A DNA stretch of 64,000 nt, from the NCBI GenBank assembly GCA_000934665.2, contig KZ538494.1, forward strand, positions 1 to 64,000. The letters run 5' to 3'. The stretch is from Catajapyx aquilonaris (Eukaryota). Shown here in pieces: positions 1 to 14,200 of the stretch. The stretch's first letter is position 1. Every line of letters starts with the position of its first letter. The translations under genes and the position numbers were made by a program. The notes below the pieces were generated by a model that saw nothing but the letters and a program-made list of their open reading frames with translations, was not told the DNA's origin and searched no databases.

Positions 1-1287
1 GTGTATACCATGCATACACATTGTTTTTAGAGCGCTTAAAACTTCTCATAGATAAAATCCTGCTCTATTGAAAAAATACTTGTGGATCGCTGCGAGACCC
101 AATAATAAATTGATATGAAGAAATTAATATGAAGAAAAGATAACTAACTTTGCTCGAGTATATGTGCAGGAAGCGCTCGTACCTACAATCCTGTAGTGTT
201 GACGAGTACAAAATGAAGGATTAAAAATTGCCAAAAAAAAGTATCTAAAAATATGAACGTGGATCAGTTAAAAGAAAACATATTAATAACTTAATAATGC
301 CGACTGTTTGAAACATTTATTATGCACATTTAATGGGAGCTTCCTGGTTACAATTAAGCATTGCGAATGGTTCAACGAGATTGATAGTACAGTACCTGAT
401 GCAGTTGTGAACTGGGTTGTCTGAAAATCAGGTATGACGCACATTATCTAGATTCATTTTTTTTTTGCCATTATTAGCTCCATATTAGCCACTAGACCAA
501 TGCAACACATGACAAATATCTACTGCATATGCGGGTAATTAGCTAGTACTGTAATACAGGCCAATGTTTAACTCGAACGAATACTTGAGTAACGGATTTT
601 AATGTTTAGATGCAATGACATGCTATAAAATTAAAGCCTTTTTGATTCTAAATTTCCTTAATAATAGACTGTACTTGCCTCCCTGAAGACCTGGCACACC
701 GAAATTACTCGTAATTGACCTGGAATCTCAACGAGGAAGAATTTATTGAGGGATAATTAAGGTTCTTTATTAGCAAGCTTGTTTTTGTTTTTTCCGATCC
801 GCAGATATGGGCACAACACGCATTATATGAAAACAGTTAATCTGTTTAATCGCACATACGTATAGATGTAGATTCTGCTAGGTATGACTGTGATGACGGT
901 GATGATGGTGCTTGAATGTTCTTTCGAGCGTTATTCCTCTCTGCATTTCTTGCTCCTCCTCCAGGCGGTTTATGTGAACAGGAGCTCTGTCCTGCATCTG
1001 AGGAAGAGAAAGATAGATGTGAAGCTATTGGCCATCACTCACTTTATAGAGACAGGGACATTAAATAGGACGTTTAAAATCGTAGATTCGGTTATGCTGA
1101 GGTAAAAAAGGTGCATTTATTAGTATATAATATAGTGTCTATTGTACACAGCTTATACAAAGAATCTATATGCCCTTCTTTTGGAGATTTGGACAGGGTG
1201 TCCCCCTACATGAAATTATGTTCAATATTATGTGTTATGAACATGTTCATAGGTCTCCTCGTAATGAAGCGATAACTCCTACGAAGT

Positions 1288-1356
1288 GGGGGTGTATCTC
1301 AGTGGTAGAGCGTTCGCTTTGCATGTGAAAGGTCCCGGGTTCGATCCCCGGCACCA
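1288..1356 (+). pseudogene. tRNA-Ala(TGC) pseudogene or tRNA-derived SINE head
   Basis: GGGGGTGTATCTCAGTGGTAGAGC...TTTGCAT...GGTTCGATCCCCGGCACCA then a T-run. Anticodon and T arms pair, but the D stem has a mismatch and ~3 nt of the 3' acceptor strand are missing. Confidence 0.8.
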
Positions 1357-1438
1357 TTTTTTAGCCCCTTGGGATTGGAAGCACGACACGAGAGTTAAAA
1401 GCTCCCGAAGTTAGAGGCACATTTGTTTTTGATTGTCT

Positions 1439-1504
1439 GGGAGCACCAGGGAGTACCAAGGAGTACCACTGCAGGTGTACACCGGAGTACCGAAGGGAGT
1501 ACCC
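1439..1504. repeat. Short imperfect tandem repeat of GGAGTACC
   Basis: About five copies of ggag(t/c)acc. Confidence 0.7.
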
Positions 1505-1507
1505 CCT

Positions 1508-1985
1508 TGGCCAGGACAAACGAATATGCAGGGTCGGGAACAGTGGTCATGTTATTTTTTATCAGGAAGTCCCTTGACTACGCGTGAGGTGTGTGCAGGC
1601 GGCATTGTCATGGTGCAGCAACCAGTCTATATAATATGTTCTTCCACATCTCCGGCCATATCCCAGTAGGCCCTAATACTTGCCGTTGACAGTTTTACCA
1701 GGAGGAAGAAACTCCATGTGCATAATTCCTAAAATGTCAAAGAAAATGATCAGCATTGAGTTGATTTTGCTGCAAACTTGACGCGCCACCTTCGAAGCTG
1801 TTAAGAGTGTTAACCCACTCATATATGTTATTGCCAAGGTTATTGCTTATCTTACAACTTGCTCATCAAAAGCCTTGTTCAGCATTCGGTTGGTTGCATC
1901 CGAAGTTTTGTTGAGCTGGAAGCAAAACATGAAAATCCACGATTGGTACTTGGAAAGAGTCCCCTGTGAGTTCCAGATGTCATAA
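1508..1985 (-). mobile_element. Decayed, internally deleted mariner transposase
   Basis: Manual translation gives HTH-like FCFQLNKTSDATNRMLNKAFDEQ and IYEW, then MLIIFFDILGIMHMEFLPPGKTVNGKY*, WLLHHDNA and a PAYS-xx-LA relic of YSPDLAP; stops and frameshifts present. Confidence 0.85.
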
Positions 1986-3489
1986 CTTTTGACCTTGTAT
2001 GCAGGCATTCGCCGAAACCGTTTGAAACGCAATTCCAAGTTGTTCCTTGAGTCCATACACTCATGACAATAAAGGTTGGTGATGTATGGTAGGTGTTGTA
2101 ACTCTGTCTGTGTATGAATGAGACTCGGTCCTTTCCACATCTGCTCTCTGTGGTGGGGAGCTCTGGACTGTTGACTTGGCACTCAGGTTATTGTTATTGC
2201 TTTCATTACTTAAAATATTTCCTCAATGTGTCCTATTGATGTGCTTCGTTACTTTTGGGCTCCACTACTTCTTGCCTTGCCTGCTCTTCCTCATCCGGGA
2301 CATTTCTCCTCCTGCCCGTTTACACTATTCCTTGGAGATTCACTTGCTGGTGGAAATTTTCCTTCACACTTGGCCGCATGCGTCTTCGTTGCTAATTGTC
2401 ACTTCTAATTGCCTTAACTGTCACATTACATCACGGTCAAAATCAGTGCATATCAGTATCAACTCGAAGTAAGTTTCAAGTACCATCTGGGACAAAGGCA
2501 TTAAACGTGACAAAAGGGTGACAATAATGACTGAATTATTGCAACAAGTACTATTCGCTCTGGGTGAATTAAAAAAAAAAAGAAGCAGAATGTAATTTCA
2601 AATAACCTTTGGTGTCATGACTCAAGTTCCGTTTGCCATGACTTGTGAAGTCAAGTGTTATCAAAAGAAATGCTCACCAGATATCCATTGTTGGCGTCCA
2701 AAGGGCTTCAATGGACCATCGCGATGATGCAATGCGATGAAAGACCGTATTGTTGTCTTGGGTGTTGCAGCTGTACAACCATCTTCAATGGAGGCCTAGA
2801 AAGAGCTGCAAGTAAGGCTGGAGGTCCAGGGCCAGAAGGGACGCTGGTGGTTACCTCCTCCTCCGGATGAATATTCCCTGCTGCTTATCACATTGGTCAA
2901 ACTCCAAGAGACAAGAGACCATCTTCCCAGCAGACGCTAACACATTGACCAGACCTGAAAATTCTGCATTTCCCTACAAGTTCAGGATTGGTGGGCCACC
3001 CAATAAGAACACGCCGACTTATTGTCGCCACGAAGATGATCTCTTTGTATTCTCGTATGCTGTTTACACACAAAAAGGGGAGGTAAAGCGAGATTCTGTC
3101 AACAGTGAAGAGGATTGTCTCTTTCTACTTGCAGATGGAGGGTACAGGAGAATGAGCAGGGCAAGGAGAAGGTCCAAGATTGTAGGAGCGTTAGGAAAAG
3201 TAAAAAGGAGAGTATAAAAAACCTAGCTGATGGAAGGAGGAGGAAGAGGAGGAAGGGAAAGGTGCTAAGTAAAACGATGAGCAGGCCAAATCGCATCGAA
3301 GGATTTTAAAAAGCTGCAGTGAGAAGCAAATTGAATCATCCCAGTCTTCTTTCACCTCATTTTTTTTTACACGGTTTTGTTTCTTTGCTCGCTCCTCTGA
3401 ATGTACTATTGTCTTTGATATTCTGGGACTAAAACTTTAAAAAAAAGCACACTTCATTCACAGAAAATTGCTTTACACTCAAACACACT

Positions 3490-5191
3490 CGCAAACACTA
3501 CTTTTCTCTTTATATTTAAAACATAGCGGGTTTTCATACTCTCATCGTTTTTCTCTTGCGGGGGCAGGCTGGGAGAAGCGGAAAGTGATGACAGGCGACA
3601 AACTGCAAAAGTTCAATTAAAACCATTACAACTCAGAGAGTTCACTTGCCAAAATAAAAGCTACAAAAGCCATTCTGTTACCAAAAATATAGAGTAAATA
3701 AAACTCATTAGTTCATTTACTAGAGCCCCCTCAAACTGCCAATTTCAAACAACTCAATCCAAACTGAGCAGCTACGTGTTTGTACTTCACGAGTAATACA
3801 AACTTTGACAATTGCACTTTCTTGTCTTTTAACTACATAAAAGTACCATACGTAAAAGGTCCGAGGAGGGCAAATCACTAAGTTACGTATAAAAATTAGG
3901 AAAATATCAAAGTGGCACAAAACAAAGGCTACGACCGCCTTTTAAATTCACTACAGTAACGAATGAGCCGTCCTCCAAAATTAAAACCAAAAAAAGAAAG
4001 AAAGAGAATTGGAGTGAGGTTGGGGATGAAAAAGTGAGAATAATAGGAGGTAAGAAAGAGAGGTGTTCATCCAAGCAGCAATGGCCACTTCACGCCTTTC
4101 CGATTTTTCTTTTCTTTTTCTCCTTGAGCTCCTGGTGAGTGAACACATGGTGAACACCTGGGAAGTAAAATGTGTCTCACTCTACTCGATACCACACACA
4201 ACTTGCAGGTTCAAGTGCAGTTTCTTCTTTTCTCTTTTTTCATGTCTGTTTTGGGGGAGGGGCAACACCCGTGCTGGGGAGGGGCATGCAGGCTGTTATT
4301 GCCACTGATATGTGGAGTCTCTTATTGTCCTTGCGGTTCCAGCTCGCTGGTTCTCACACACACAAAAAAAAGAACGGAGCATTCAACACGACTGATGAGT
4401 ATTCCTTTGACGAGGCCCCCCCTCCTGGTTATGATGATGGCAGTGTGTGTCCACGGATGAGGAAAAAGTTCACATGTGGGTGATGTTCACAATGGGATGG
4501 GAAGGAGTAACGAAGCTCACGTCAACACACACACACAGTACACATATGTACATGGAAGGGTGAAGTATGGGAGGTATGGATGGGGGGAGGGGAGGCGTTT
4601 TTTTTTTCTTCTTTTGGTTAATTTTTTTTTTCCACACACAATCACACACATGCACACATATGTATGCCATACTAGTCTCTGTCCGCATGACCGGCCCACA
4701 AAATAAAAAGACTGTAAGGTGGATGTGAGGTGGGTTCGGCATGGGGAAGATTGTCTGAATGTGTGCCTTCTACTGTACACGTGCGTGGGGACTGACATTC
4801 ATGTGTCAAACTCTCAGGTCCGAAAGTCTCTCACACTCCCTAATGTAGGCACCAATAGGCAATATTTGCTGCAGGTAGGTTTTGGGTGGGAGGGGTTTCC
4901 ACACTTGTGTCACGTGATCCTCCAAAAGTGGCAGGTCCTTCCGCTCTATGTATGTGAATAAAATGCGTTATGTGTGTGTTTATGTGTGTGAGTTGAGTGG
5001 TGTGTTTGTGTGACACTTATTTCTGCCCTAACAGCACACACGCTCCACCAAAGTTATCAGGCGGCAGCTGAGGCAACCGCAACAACTTTCAAAAAAAAAT
5101 AATTAGGAAATTAAAAGTGGAATAATGAAGTTGCATGATTGTGCAGCTGCCCCTAGTCTGTTCACACTGGTAGCTGCCGCCTGATTGGTCC
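3490..5191 (-). other. Probable Lar 3' UTR (~1.7 kb)
   Basis: Low-complexity non-coding tract after the stop; AATATA variant signal at 3516-3511 followed by GT-rich sequence on the minus strand. The end is inferred. Confidence 0.4.
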
Positions 5192-5260
5192 TCAGGTTGC
5201 ATAGTGGTCGAATGAGCCCAGGTATTCCAATGCAGCCCGGTAACAGAACTGGTACTGGTC
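5192..5260 (-). CDS. Lar: Lar last coding exon ([22 protein letters not shown])
   Basis: ttgcag|; LAR-family C-terminus; TGA at 5194-5192. Confidence 0.96.
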   Translation of the reverse strand, partial: DQYQFCYRAALEYLGSFDHYAT

Positions 5261-8200
5261 CTGCAACACAAAATGCAAGTGATAAAGTGCTGCAATGTAG
5301 TTCATGTGAGCCATACGTACCTCCGTCTGGACCATGGCTGGACGCTGAGTGCGCAAAATGCGCACTGTCTGGAAGACGTCCACAACACCCTCGTACTGCA
5401 TGCGCTCCAGGACGATACTCAAGGTAATAAACACTCCGGTGCGACCTACTCCAGCACTAAGGAAGACATGAAAAAATGACGTCAGTAATCACGTAGTTGT
5501 AAATGAGGTAAAAAAAAATTAGTGACATATTGTAAGCCAACGTCATGTCTAAGGCTATGAAATGTTGGAAAACAAAATGTGTTAATGCAACATAATCTGA
5601 CCTGCAGTGCACTGTGATTGGCCCATCCTGCCCAAACTGCTCCTTGGTCTTGTGCACCTGTCCGATGAAGTCGATGAATCCTTCCCCAGACTTGGGAACC
5701 CCCTGCTCCGGCCAGTCGATAAACTGGAACTGCCTGACGGTGCGTGACTGTCCGTCCCTGGCATCGGTCACCTTGAACTCTCTCAGGATGTACTGGGGCA
5801 TGTTGTATTCAGCGATGGGCTCCACCACATAGCAGGCGTACCTGGCAGACCTCTCGCTGGGCCAGTACTGATGGCACTTCTCCCTCCCCAGCTCCTTCAG
5901 CTTGGTTAGCATCACCACAATAGTGGAATTGTGCTCCCACAGCATGCGCCAAAAGTCCTCTGTGGTTTCGGCCAGGGGACCTTGGGTGGCAATATATGCA
6001 TTGCGGTAACGGTAGCCATCGATGAAGCTGGCGTTGATGTAATCGCTGCCTTCCACTCCACGCAGCGGTGAGATGCACACTCGGGCAGACTCAAACGGAA
6101 GGATGTTTACTAGCCGGTTCTTAAACTTGTTGCATGGAAGGTTGGCACTCACAAAGCGGGTGGAGTCTGCCTTGATGTTGGCCAGCCTCTGCAGCGGTAT
6201 AGGTAATCATTGACAAGACTTCGTGATACTTTTTCGTATGTAAATGCCAATTGCATGCTGAATGTCACGGCAACATTTGGAAACTCATCACTAAATGTAG
6301 TGAACTGTTAGGAAAGTGCCTTTTGGTTTAAAAATTACTACTGTGCGCTAGTGTTGCCAAGACACTTTTCAATCATGCAGTGGAACATGAGCCTACTTGG
6401 AACAGTACAGGCCCAGAGTTGGCAATCTTGCAAATCCATCGATAGAATGTACAACAATGTACTTATGTAACAATGTTTAAAGAGGCTCTTGCAGGCATGA
6501 AAGTTGTGCAAGTACATTACACAAATGGTGCGCATTACATAAACTGCAGCTGTTGCAACCATTTGCTTAGCAGATAAAGTAATACCAAATGAACAGTGCA
6601 AGTATTTTTGCACCACTAATTTTCCACCAATGTGTAATGGACAAGAACATGTGCCACATGCAATAAAGGCATCCAATTGATATATGAATTTTAAAGCAAT
6701 GGCAGTCAGAAACTATTACGCAAAAGTGAGAGTGTGTTGCGCAAACATTGACGGCAATGCGAAAACGCAACATGTAATTTGTAATCAACTAGAGGCAAGG
6801 TCTTAATATGGACCGCTGGCCTCCCATTGCTTTAAAATGAGTAAGTGAATAAGGAAGAAAAACACAAACACAGAGACTAGGAGTGTGTAGTGTACCATAA
6901 ATACCTTGAACTCCAGCTCCATCCCCGTGATGTTCTCCCCCAGCTCGGTCTGCATCAGTTTCTGTATGTGGTTGTGCAGGTTACGAGCAGGGATTTCTGT
7001 GTGACCGCAAATTACAGCCTCAAGCAGCGCATCATGGATGAAGATGTACTGGTCCTCGGTCTGCACCATGTAGTTCCTCTGAGCTCGCAGGCAAGTAACA
7101 TGGCCGTATATGTCCACAGTTTTCTCGTGCTTGAGCCGCTCTAGCATCGAGTCGATAACAATGAAGCAGCCTGTGCGACCAACTCCTGCGCTGCAATGAA
7201 CCACCATGGGTCCAGCCTCCATTGGGTTCACATTCTTTACGCGGCGGAGGAACATCAGGAAAGGAGCCGGGTGGTCAGGGACACCATGGTCTGGCCAGGC
7301 CGTGAATTGGAACTGGCGGACTTCTCTCCTCTCTGGGTGACCAAGCTGAGAGGTAGCACAACATGAAGGTTAGTTGTCTTCATTATACCGCCTTATATCA
7401 TGAACAACAATTTACTTACCCTTTGCAGTTGGAATGTACGTATGCAGTACGTAGCCAGATCCTGAATGTCCGTAAGAGTGACGGACACAGGCCCATATGT
7501 CTCAGTCCCTCTGGATGGCCAGTACTGGTCACATTTGATCCTGGCCCTCTCCTCCAGGCGGGTCATCATGACCACGGTGGCACTTCTGAGCTCCCAACAC
7601 ATGCGCCAAAAGTCAGCAAAAGTGTCTGGAAGGGGCCCCTGGGTTGCCACGTACGCATTGTGCTTGCGGTAGCCATCGCAGAAGTTGGCATTGATGTAGT
7701 CGCTACCAGGAAGTCCCTCCACCGCCTGCAGCACCACACGAGAGTGGTCGTAAGCTATCACATTGGCGTATCTGTTCTTGCTCTTGTTCACGTCTAGGTT
7801 GGAGTTGTCCCATGTAAACTGCTGCCCTGGTTCAATACTCTGAAAAATTTATCACAGAACATCAGTTTAGTTTGATACTGGGGGCAGCTTTCCCATACTT
7901 GAAACAGACATCAAATGTTGAATCACATGCACATGGCTTACCTCATACTCTTGCGAGAAGAGCAAGTTATCACTTGACTTCAGTCGGTCGATGTGATTGG
8001 AGAGATCAGCCACTGGGATGGGTGGATGTGACATCATCCCTGGAGTCTGGAAGTTGAGCCTGCGCATCTCCACTGGATCCGACGCAGGGTGAAAAGCGGC
8101 TGCACTGGCAGTGCCTCCTCCTCCGAGAGTCCCTGTCCCTCCAACCCCTCCGCCACCCAGTCCTCCCAGTCCTCCCAACCCGCCTGCTCCAAGTCCTCCC

Positions 8201-11200
8201 AATCCGCCACCTCCTGCTCCACCCACACCTCCGTATTCCCCAGGAGCCATCAGGGGCTTGGTGACCGAAGCCTGCTCAGGAGTCTTGGGCATCTGGCGTC
8301 TTCTGCGTATTACCAGGATGAAGAAGACTAGGCAGCAAGTGACCATCACGGCAGCCACAACAGGACCTAGCACCCAGAGCATGCCAGGATCTTCCGCATT
8401 GCGATCTACCGCTACATCTGCACTCTCCACTGGCACATAAGGATTTGGGCGATGCGGAAGCTGGCCAGGTGGGATCTCACGCATGTCTAGAGACAACTGC
8501 TCAGAGAATGGGCTTGAAGTGTACAAATGCTGGAAAAATAAAGAAACACACAAAGAGGTCAAACTCTGAAGTCAGGTGGAGGTTGCATGACATCCCATCC
8601 TGGTGTGTGTGCATCAAAAATGCTTAATTCTCAAGGGAAGTACGTGGGAATCTGTCAGACGTAAGTGCCTTCAAATGGTTCACATATATTCCTACGATCC
8701 TGCATTGTATTCTATTTCATTACCTCATACAAATTGGCAATATGATCCTTTAGTGCTTTAATGTACGTTAATTTAATGTAACCAGGAACATTGATCACAG
8801 CAGACTTTACACTAATTTACTCCATCGACTAGGGATGCATAAACGGGTAGCAGAAGCCATGGATGGCACATCATACAACATCGACTTAGTTATTAATTGG
8901 TTCGAGTAGTGCACGGTGAGAATTGTTGACAAATAACACTGGATGCGCCCCACTTTCTTCATATTCTCTCCAACAAAAATTCGTATGGTAACAGGGGTAC
9001 TCTCTAGTATGCCAAGGGCAATGGTCCCACTGTGTTTACAACAGTTTACCATTAATATAATTAATCAAGATCAAGCTAGTCTTCATTGCTTCATTACTGC
9101 AACTAATTCAGTAATGCAAGTAAATGCTACATTTCTCTGGCTATTATTATAACAAAATGTACCCCATCCAACAACTGTCAGTCGCAAATCTTTAACAAAC
9201 ACTATTTCTTAACGACATGTCTCAATTCCATTTGCTTTTATGTCTAGGATGAGCTCCTCGACATCAGAACGCTGTCAAAATTATGCAGTACAAGACATGC
9301 CCGAAACCTACTGTACACGTATATCAGAAGAGGAAAATCAGTCTACAGCCAGGGACGCTTGTCATGCTTATGCCTGAGTGAGGGAATGCAAGTTTATGCA
9401 CTAGCGTAGGTGGGGCAGGGTCCATTACTACTTTCATATGGGGCGGAAACCAAAAATTGAAGCACATCCTGGCATTCACACTTAGCTTATTTACGGGACA
9501 CGATTCAATTAGTGCATGTCATGTAGGTGTAAGGTGTCTCAAGAATCAAGTCAGAGGGGAAAATTCTTCTCTCCATGCGCAGACAATGGATTAAGAAACA
9601 TTCTGTTCAAAAAACAGCGTATGTAAGTGGATAGTGATGCGTTAATGAGGTTGGAGTAGAGCAAGAGTAAGAGTAGACAGAGAGAGAGAGAGAGAGTATA
9701 GAAGAACGTGAAAGGTGCGTGGTGAGTGTACTTGCTTTGAAGGCTCCCACCTTCTGAGGCGTGTCAACCACAGCCCTCACAAAGATGCGGTATTTCTTCC
9801 CCTTCTCCAGACGACGGTTCTCAAAGCCCTCGAATGTCTTTGAGTCCCCCAAGGGGAACGTGTATGGGATGTTGCGCTGGAGGAATTTGGCCGCTATGTA
9901 CGGAGTGTTCTCATCCTCCTGCTTGTTGTTGCCATTCTTGTTGGCTATCAGCTGGTGGAGAAAAGACGGAGAATTTGATGTAGACCTGACATATTTTGCA
10001 CACTTATTAATGTAAATCGGCATGAGCATATGCGACATCATACCATTTTCAGTGCCCTATCACACTGTATGTAAAGGAAAGAGTAAATTAATTTATTTGG
10101 TAATGTAAAGTTAAGACTATGATGAAAAAAGTGGAAAATTACGCTTTCCATAAGATTAAATGGTGGCCATAAATGCAAAAGTGACACATACGTCATCAGT
10201 GAGGAACTGGTCCGGATTTTTGTGCAAGGTTCGCTTGTCTTCAGGAACCACGATGAGGTAGTAATGCGAGATTGGCCCATATTCCTCCGAAGCCTGTGGC
10301 AAGAAAACCACAATTTCTTCCGCATTCTGAACTCCAAAGAAGTCTGGCTTCACCATCGGTTGAGGAGCTTTTGCAAAAGAAGGTCATGTATTACAACAGG
10401 TGCAAACACTATTATGATGCAATTAGTTCTTACCGGCCATTTGAGTTGTGACTGATATCTTGGCAGGAGGTCGATAAGAGTGGTCCGTAGGAATGGCGCT
10501 TACGTTAACATTGTAGGTTGTGAAGGGAGAGAGTTCATTGATTGTGTGGGATTGGGAGTCAGGAGCGAGGAGGATGGTCCTTGGAGTAATCATCTGGGTT
10601 TGCGTAATTCCCTGAGAGTCCACAAACTCTTTGACAGCATCGAAAGAAATCTTATAGTTGACAGGATTCAGGCGGAGGGGAGGGCCCCAGGAAAGGGTCA
10701 TGCTGTGAGTGCTGACGTCATGAGCTCGCAGGTTAAGCGGCACATCTTCTGGCTTGACCTTGGCAGTCACACGTTCTGACAGGCGGCCCAGACCCTGAAG
10801 GTAAATATTTATGCAGAATTGAAAATCACTAATATTGTAACTATCATAAGGTCAAGTGCAAAGCACAGACCTATGATTATGTAATGAAAACACATGACAA
10901 TACACACCGACTTGGTCCTAGCAGCCACTGCGATGGCATACTGGGCGTTCTTCTCAAGATTAATGAGATCCGCTGATTCTGTGATGGGAACAGCCTTCTG
11001 CTGCCATTCGTCCATGTCCTCCACAGCCGTCATGGTGTAAAATATCTGGTAGCCAATGACCTTTCCACGGCTAGGCACTGTCTCCCACCAGACCTCCACA
11101 CTTGAATCAGACGTGGCCATGGCCCTCACATTCATTGGGGCACGGACAATTTCTCTCTCAGTGCGGAACTGGACATGCTCTCCATATGGGCCAGGGCCTT

Positions 11201-14200
11201 GGCGAGTATATGCTCGTACTTGAACAACATACTCAGTGTTCTCCTCCAAGTTGGAGAACACGGCCTTTAAAGTGGAAGGAGTTGGCTAGAGAATAGTTGC
11301 AAAATTTATACAATGAGGTAACAGCGTAAAAGTGTATGTGGGAACTCACCTTAGTGGAAGTGGTGTTATAATTTTGAGCAGCAGCATGATCAAGTCGCTT
11401 GTGGAACAGCACTTGGTAATTAGTCAGTTGGCCGTTTCGCATGTCAACCGGTGGAGGCTTCCACGTTATGGCCACAACATCAGCTGTTTGGAACTGGTAG
11501 GACACCTCGGAGGGTGGCCCAGATGGCACCCCTTCGGGGGTCTGGAAGAACTTGACTGCTTCCTGTCCAAAGCCAACGCTGTTCCCTCCAGCTACCCTGA
11601 ACTCGTACTCCAGGCCCCTTTCCAACTGGTCCAGCTTGTGGTGCTGCACTTTTCCTCCTTCCAGCACCAGCTCCTGCAGCTGGTCCCCACTAGGCGTGCG
11701 GGGACCCCAGCGCAGGCGATAGGCTGCCAGTTCACCAAAGGTCTGGGTCGGTCGGCTCCACTCCAGCTCCAGACTCACTTTAGAGTCAGTCTGAAGGACC
11801 CTGTTGGTGTGAAATGTTCGGTTATATTACGAAGCTCTTAACATACGGTCAAACATCGAGTAGGGTCACAATTAATATTCTCTTGCTCACAGTCACTGTT
11901 TTGTCACCAATGACAAAAATCCTTCTTTGACACGAACACTTTATGTCAAAAACGTACTTGTAATTGAGGCTTGGACGTGATGGGACACCACCAGGAGTCT
12001 TCACGTTGACAGGACTGCTGCGTGATCCATCTCCTTTTCGAGTCAGGGCAGCCACTTGCACTGCGTAACGGGTGTCTGGTTGTAGACCACTCACATTCAG
12101 CTCCTCCACATTGCCGTTAGGCACATTATAGTGAAGAGGATTGTTCAGAAGGTTGCCACCCTGCAAGAGATGAGTAATTCAACTTATTTCAAGTACTAAA
12201 GTTACTATCAAATATTCATTACACATCTGCATTGCACATTAGTCACTGGTACTTACAGTTGCCTATTTTCATACATTGTTGCAGCAATACACAGAACCCG
12301 AATGACAAATATGACTTTTAGTTCTTTGACCCAAAATAATAATGCATTGGCTCTGTTGAAACACAGATGTTCTGTTGTATTATGTAGGTTTTCCCTGGCC
12401 TTTGAAATATTGCATGTTGCAAAGCATTTCAAAATAATTAGTAGAATTTACCATAACAAGCTTGGCAGTTCAGGCGTGATATTAATTTTTCATTTGCCTA
12501 ATTTGAAATCAAGGCAATGAAAAGTAACTAACTAAACACCATCCTAAAGCCAATGAATCTTTAAGGTATAAAGTTTAACAACTTTATGATACATGGCCTT
12601 ACAGACTAATGCGGAAAATGGTAAATGCTGTACAAACCTCTTCACTAACTTCCTGAACATGAATCTGGTAGCCTCGTATTATCCCATTTCGGTCCTTCTC
12701 CACCGGCGGTTTCCACTGAACATGGATGGTAGTTGAGTTCATAGCCGTCACTTTCACTTCCTGAGGCTCTCCAGGGACTATAATGTATTGTAGTGGTGGG
12801 TGGAGTGGGTGGGCAGAAGGTGAGGGGAGAGGGTGGGGAGGACAAAGAGTAGTTTGTGAATGAGAGAAGAGAAAGAAGGCGGAGGGCAGGGAAGGGGGGA
12901 GGGCACAAATTTTTTGCTCAGATTTGCTGTTGTTACATGAAATATCAGTGGCAAGTCACCAGACACTGGTAAAACATGTACTCTCTGGCCGTCCCATGCA
13001 CAACCTCCTTGCGTTTCCCTCTGATTCCTCCTGCTCATGATGCTGAGACACATGGCATGCGCAGCTTTCACACATATCTCTTACATCCCATGCCAGAGTC
13101 AAAGTGTATTTTATTTTCAACGTTTTAGACCGGTTCTGAGTTGTGAATTTATGCCTCGAATAAGGCATGCTACACTCAAAATCATACAGAACAGAGCAAC
13201 TAAAATATGCCCAATACAAATTGAGTATCAAACTCCTGTCACCGATTACAATAGTTGAAACTTGAATGCTCTGCTTTCCATTCATCTCCATGAGCCCTGC
13301 TCATCAACTTCGCATTATGTAGTAGACATACATCTAGTACCTACAGTACAATATCCATCCCTTATTAAGTTTCCAGAGCCGTTATAATATCTTACATCAA
13401 ACTGTTGTACAACCGTGCCATTTGTGCGGAATAAAACTTTCTGTCAGATTACATTCTAATCATACCTGTCATGTTATTAATTGCTTCCTCACCATTATAG
13501 TGATTCACGAGGTGCAAATCTTACATGTGATCCAGACCAAGATGCAAATTAAAACATGTTATGGTATAATGTTCCTAAGTTTCTGATGGCACCGTGTTGC
13601 TTATTTAGCGCAATGCATTAGACCCTGCATAAATAATGTTATTCAAGATTGCACAGATATGACAATACTCACAATTGATAATGATTGTGGAGACGGAGTT
13701 AAAGCAAAATGCAATTCCCTTTCACCATCTACGAGTAAATCCTGCACCTACATTGACGTAACACTTTGACTTTGACAAAGGCTCATTCACACCCAATCAG
13801 GTGCCCTACATGATTTTTTAAAAAAGTGAAATGTACTGAGTTCCAGTACAAACTACCACTAACATTACTGCCTTACTGCAACCTAAACACAGTCTAAAGA
13901 GCAACACATATGAGCCAACTGAAGTGGTCTACACAAATGCTGGTTGCTTTTGCATGCCATTCTGGCTCCATTTTCCTGCAACTGTTGGGACACAAAGAGA
14001 AAATAATTAGCTACTACCCCTTAATATAAACCTGCAAAGAAAACTTTCTGTAAATGAAAACAAATATCGGAAGAAAAAACTACAGACACTCAGTATAACA
14101 TCTATCAGCCCATAATAATGTTACTTGGCAGCTCTAACCAATGCTGTATAATTATATATACTGCAGTGTATGTAAACCCACAATAAGATGCTGAAGGCAT

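Noticed and set aside
5160..5194. Stop-codon readthrough of Lar
   Set aside because: Context is TGA-G, not the leaky TGA-C, and another TGA follows within 10 codons.
5261..5320. ORF track reads through this 60-nt segment in PTP D2
   Set aside because: Canonical GT-AG intron; removing it restores the conserved MVQTEDQY.
8089..8440. Pro/Ser-rich plus-strand ORFs
   Set aside because: Antisense shadows of the Gly-rich Lar exon; the same applies to plus-strand ORFs at 19040-19797 and over other exons.
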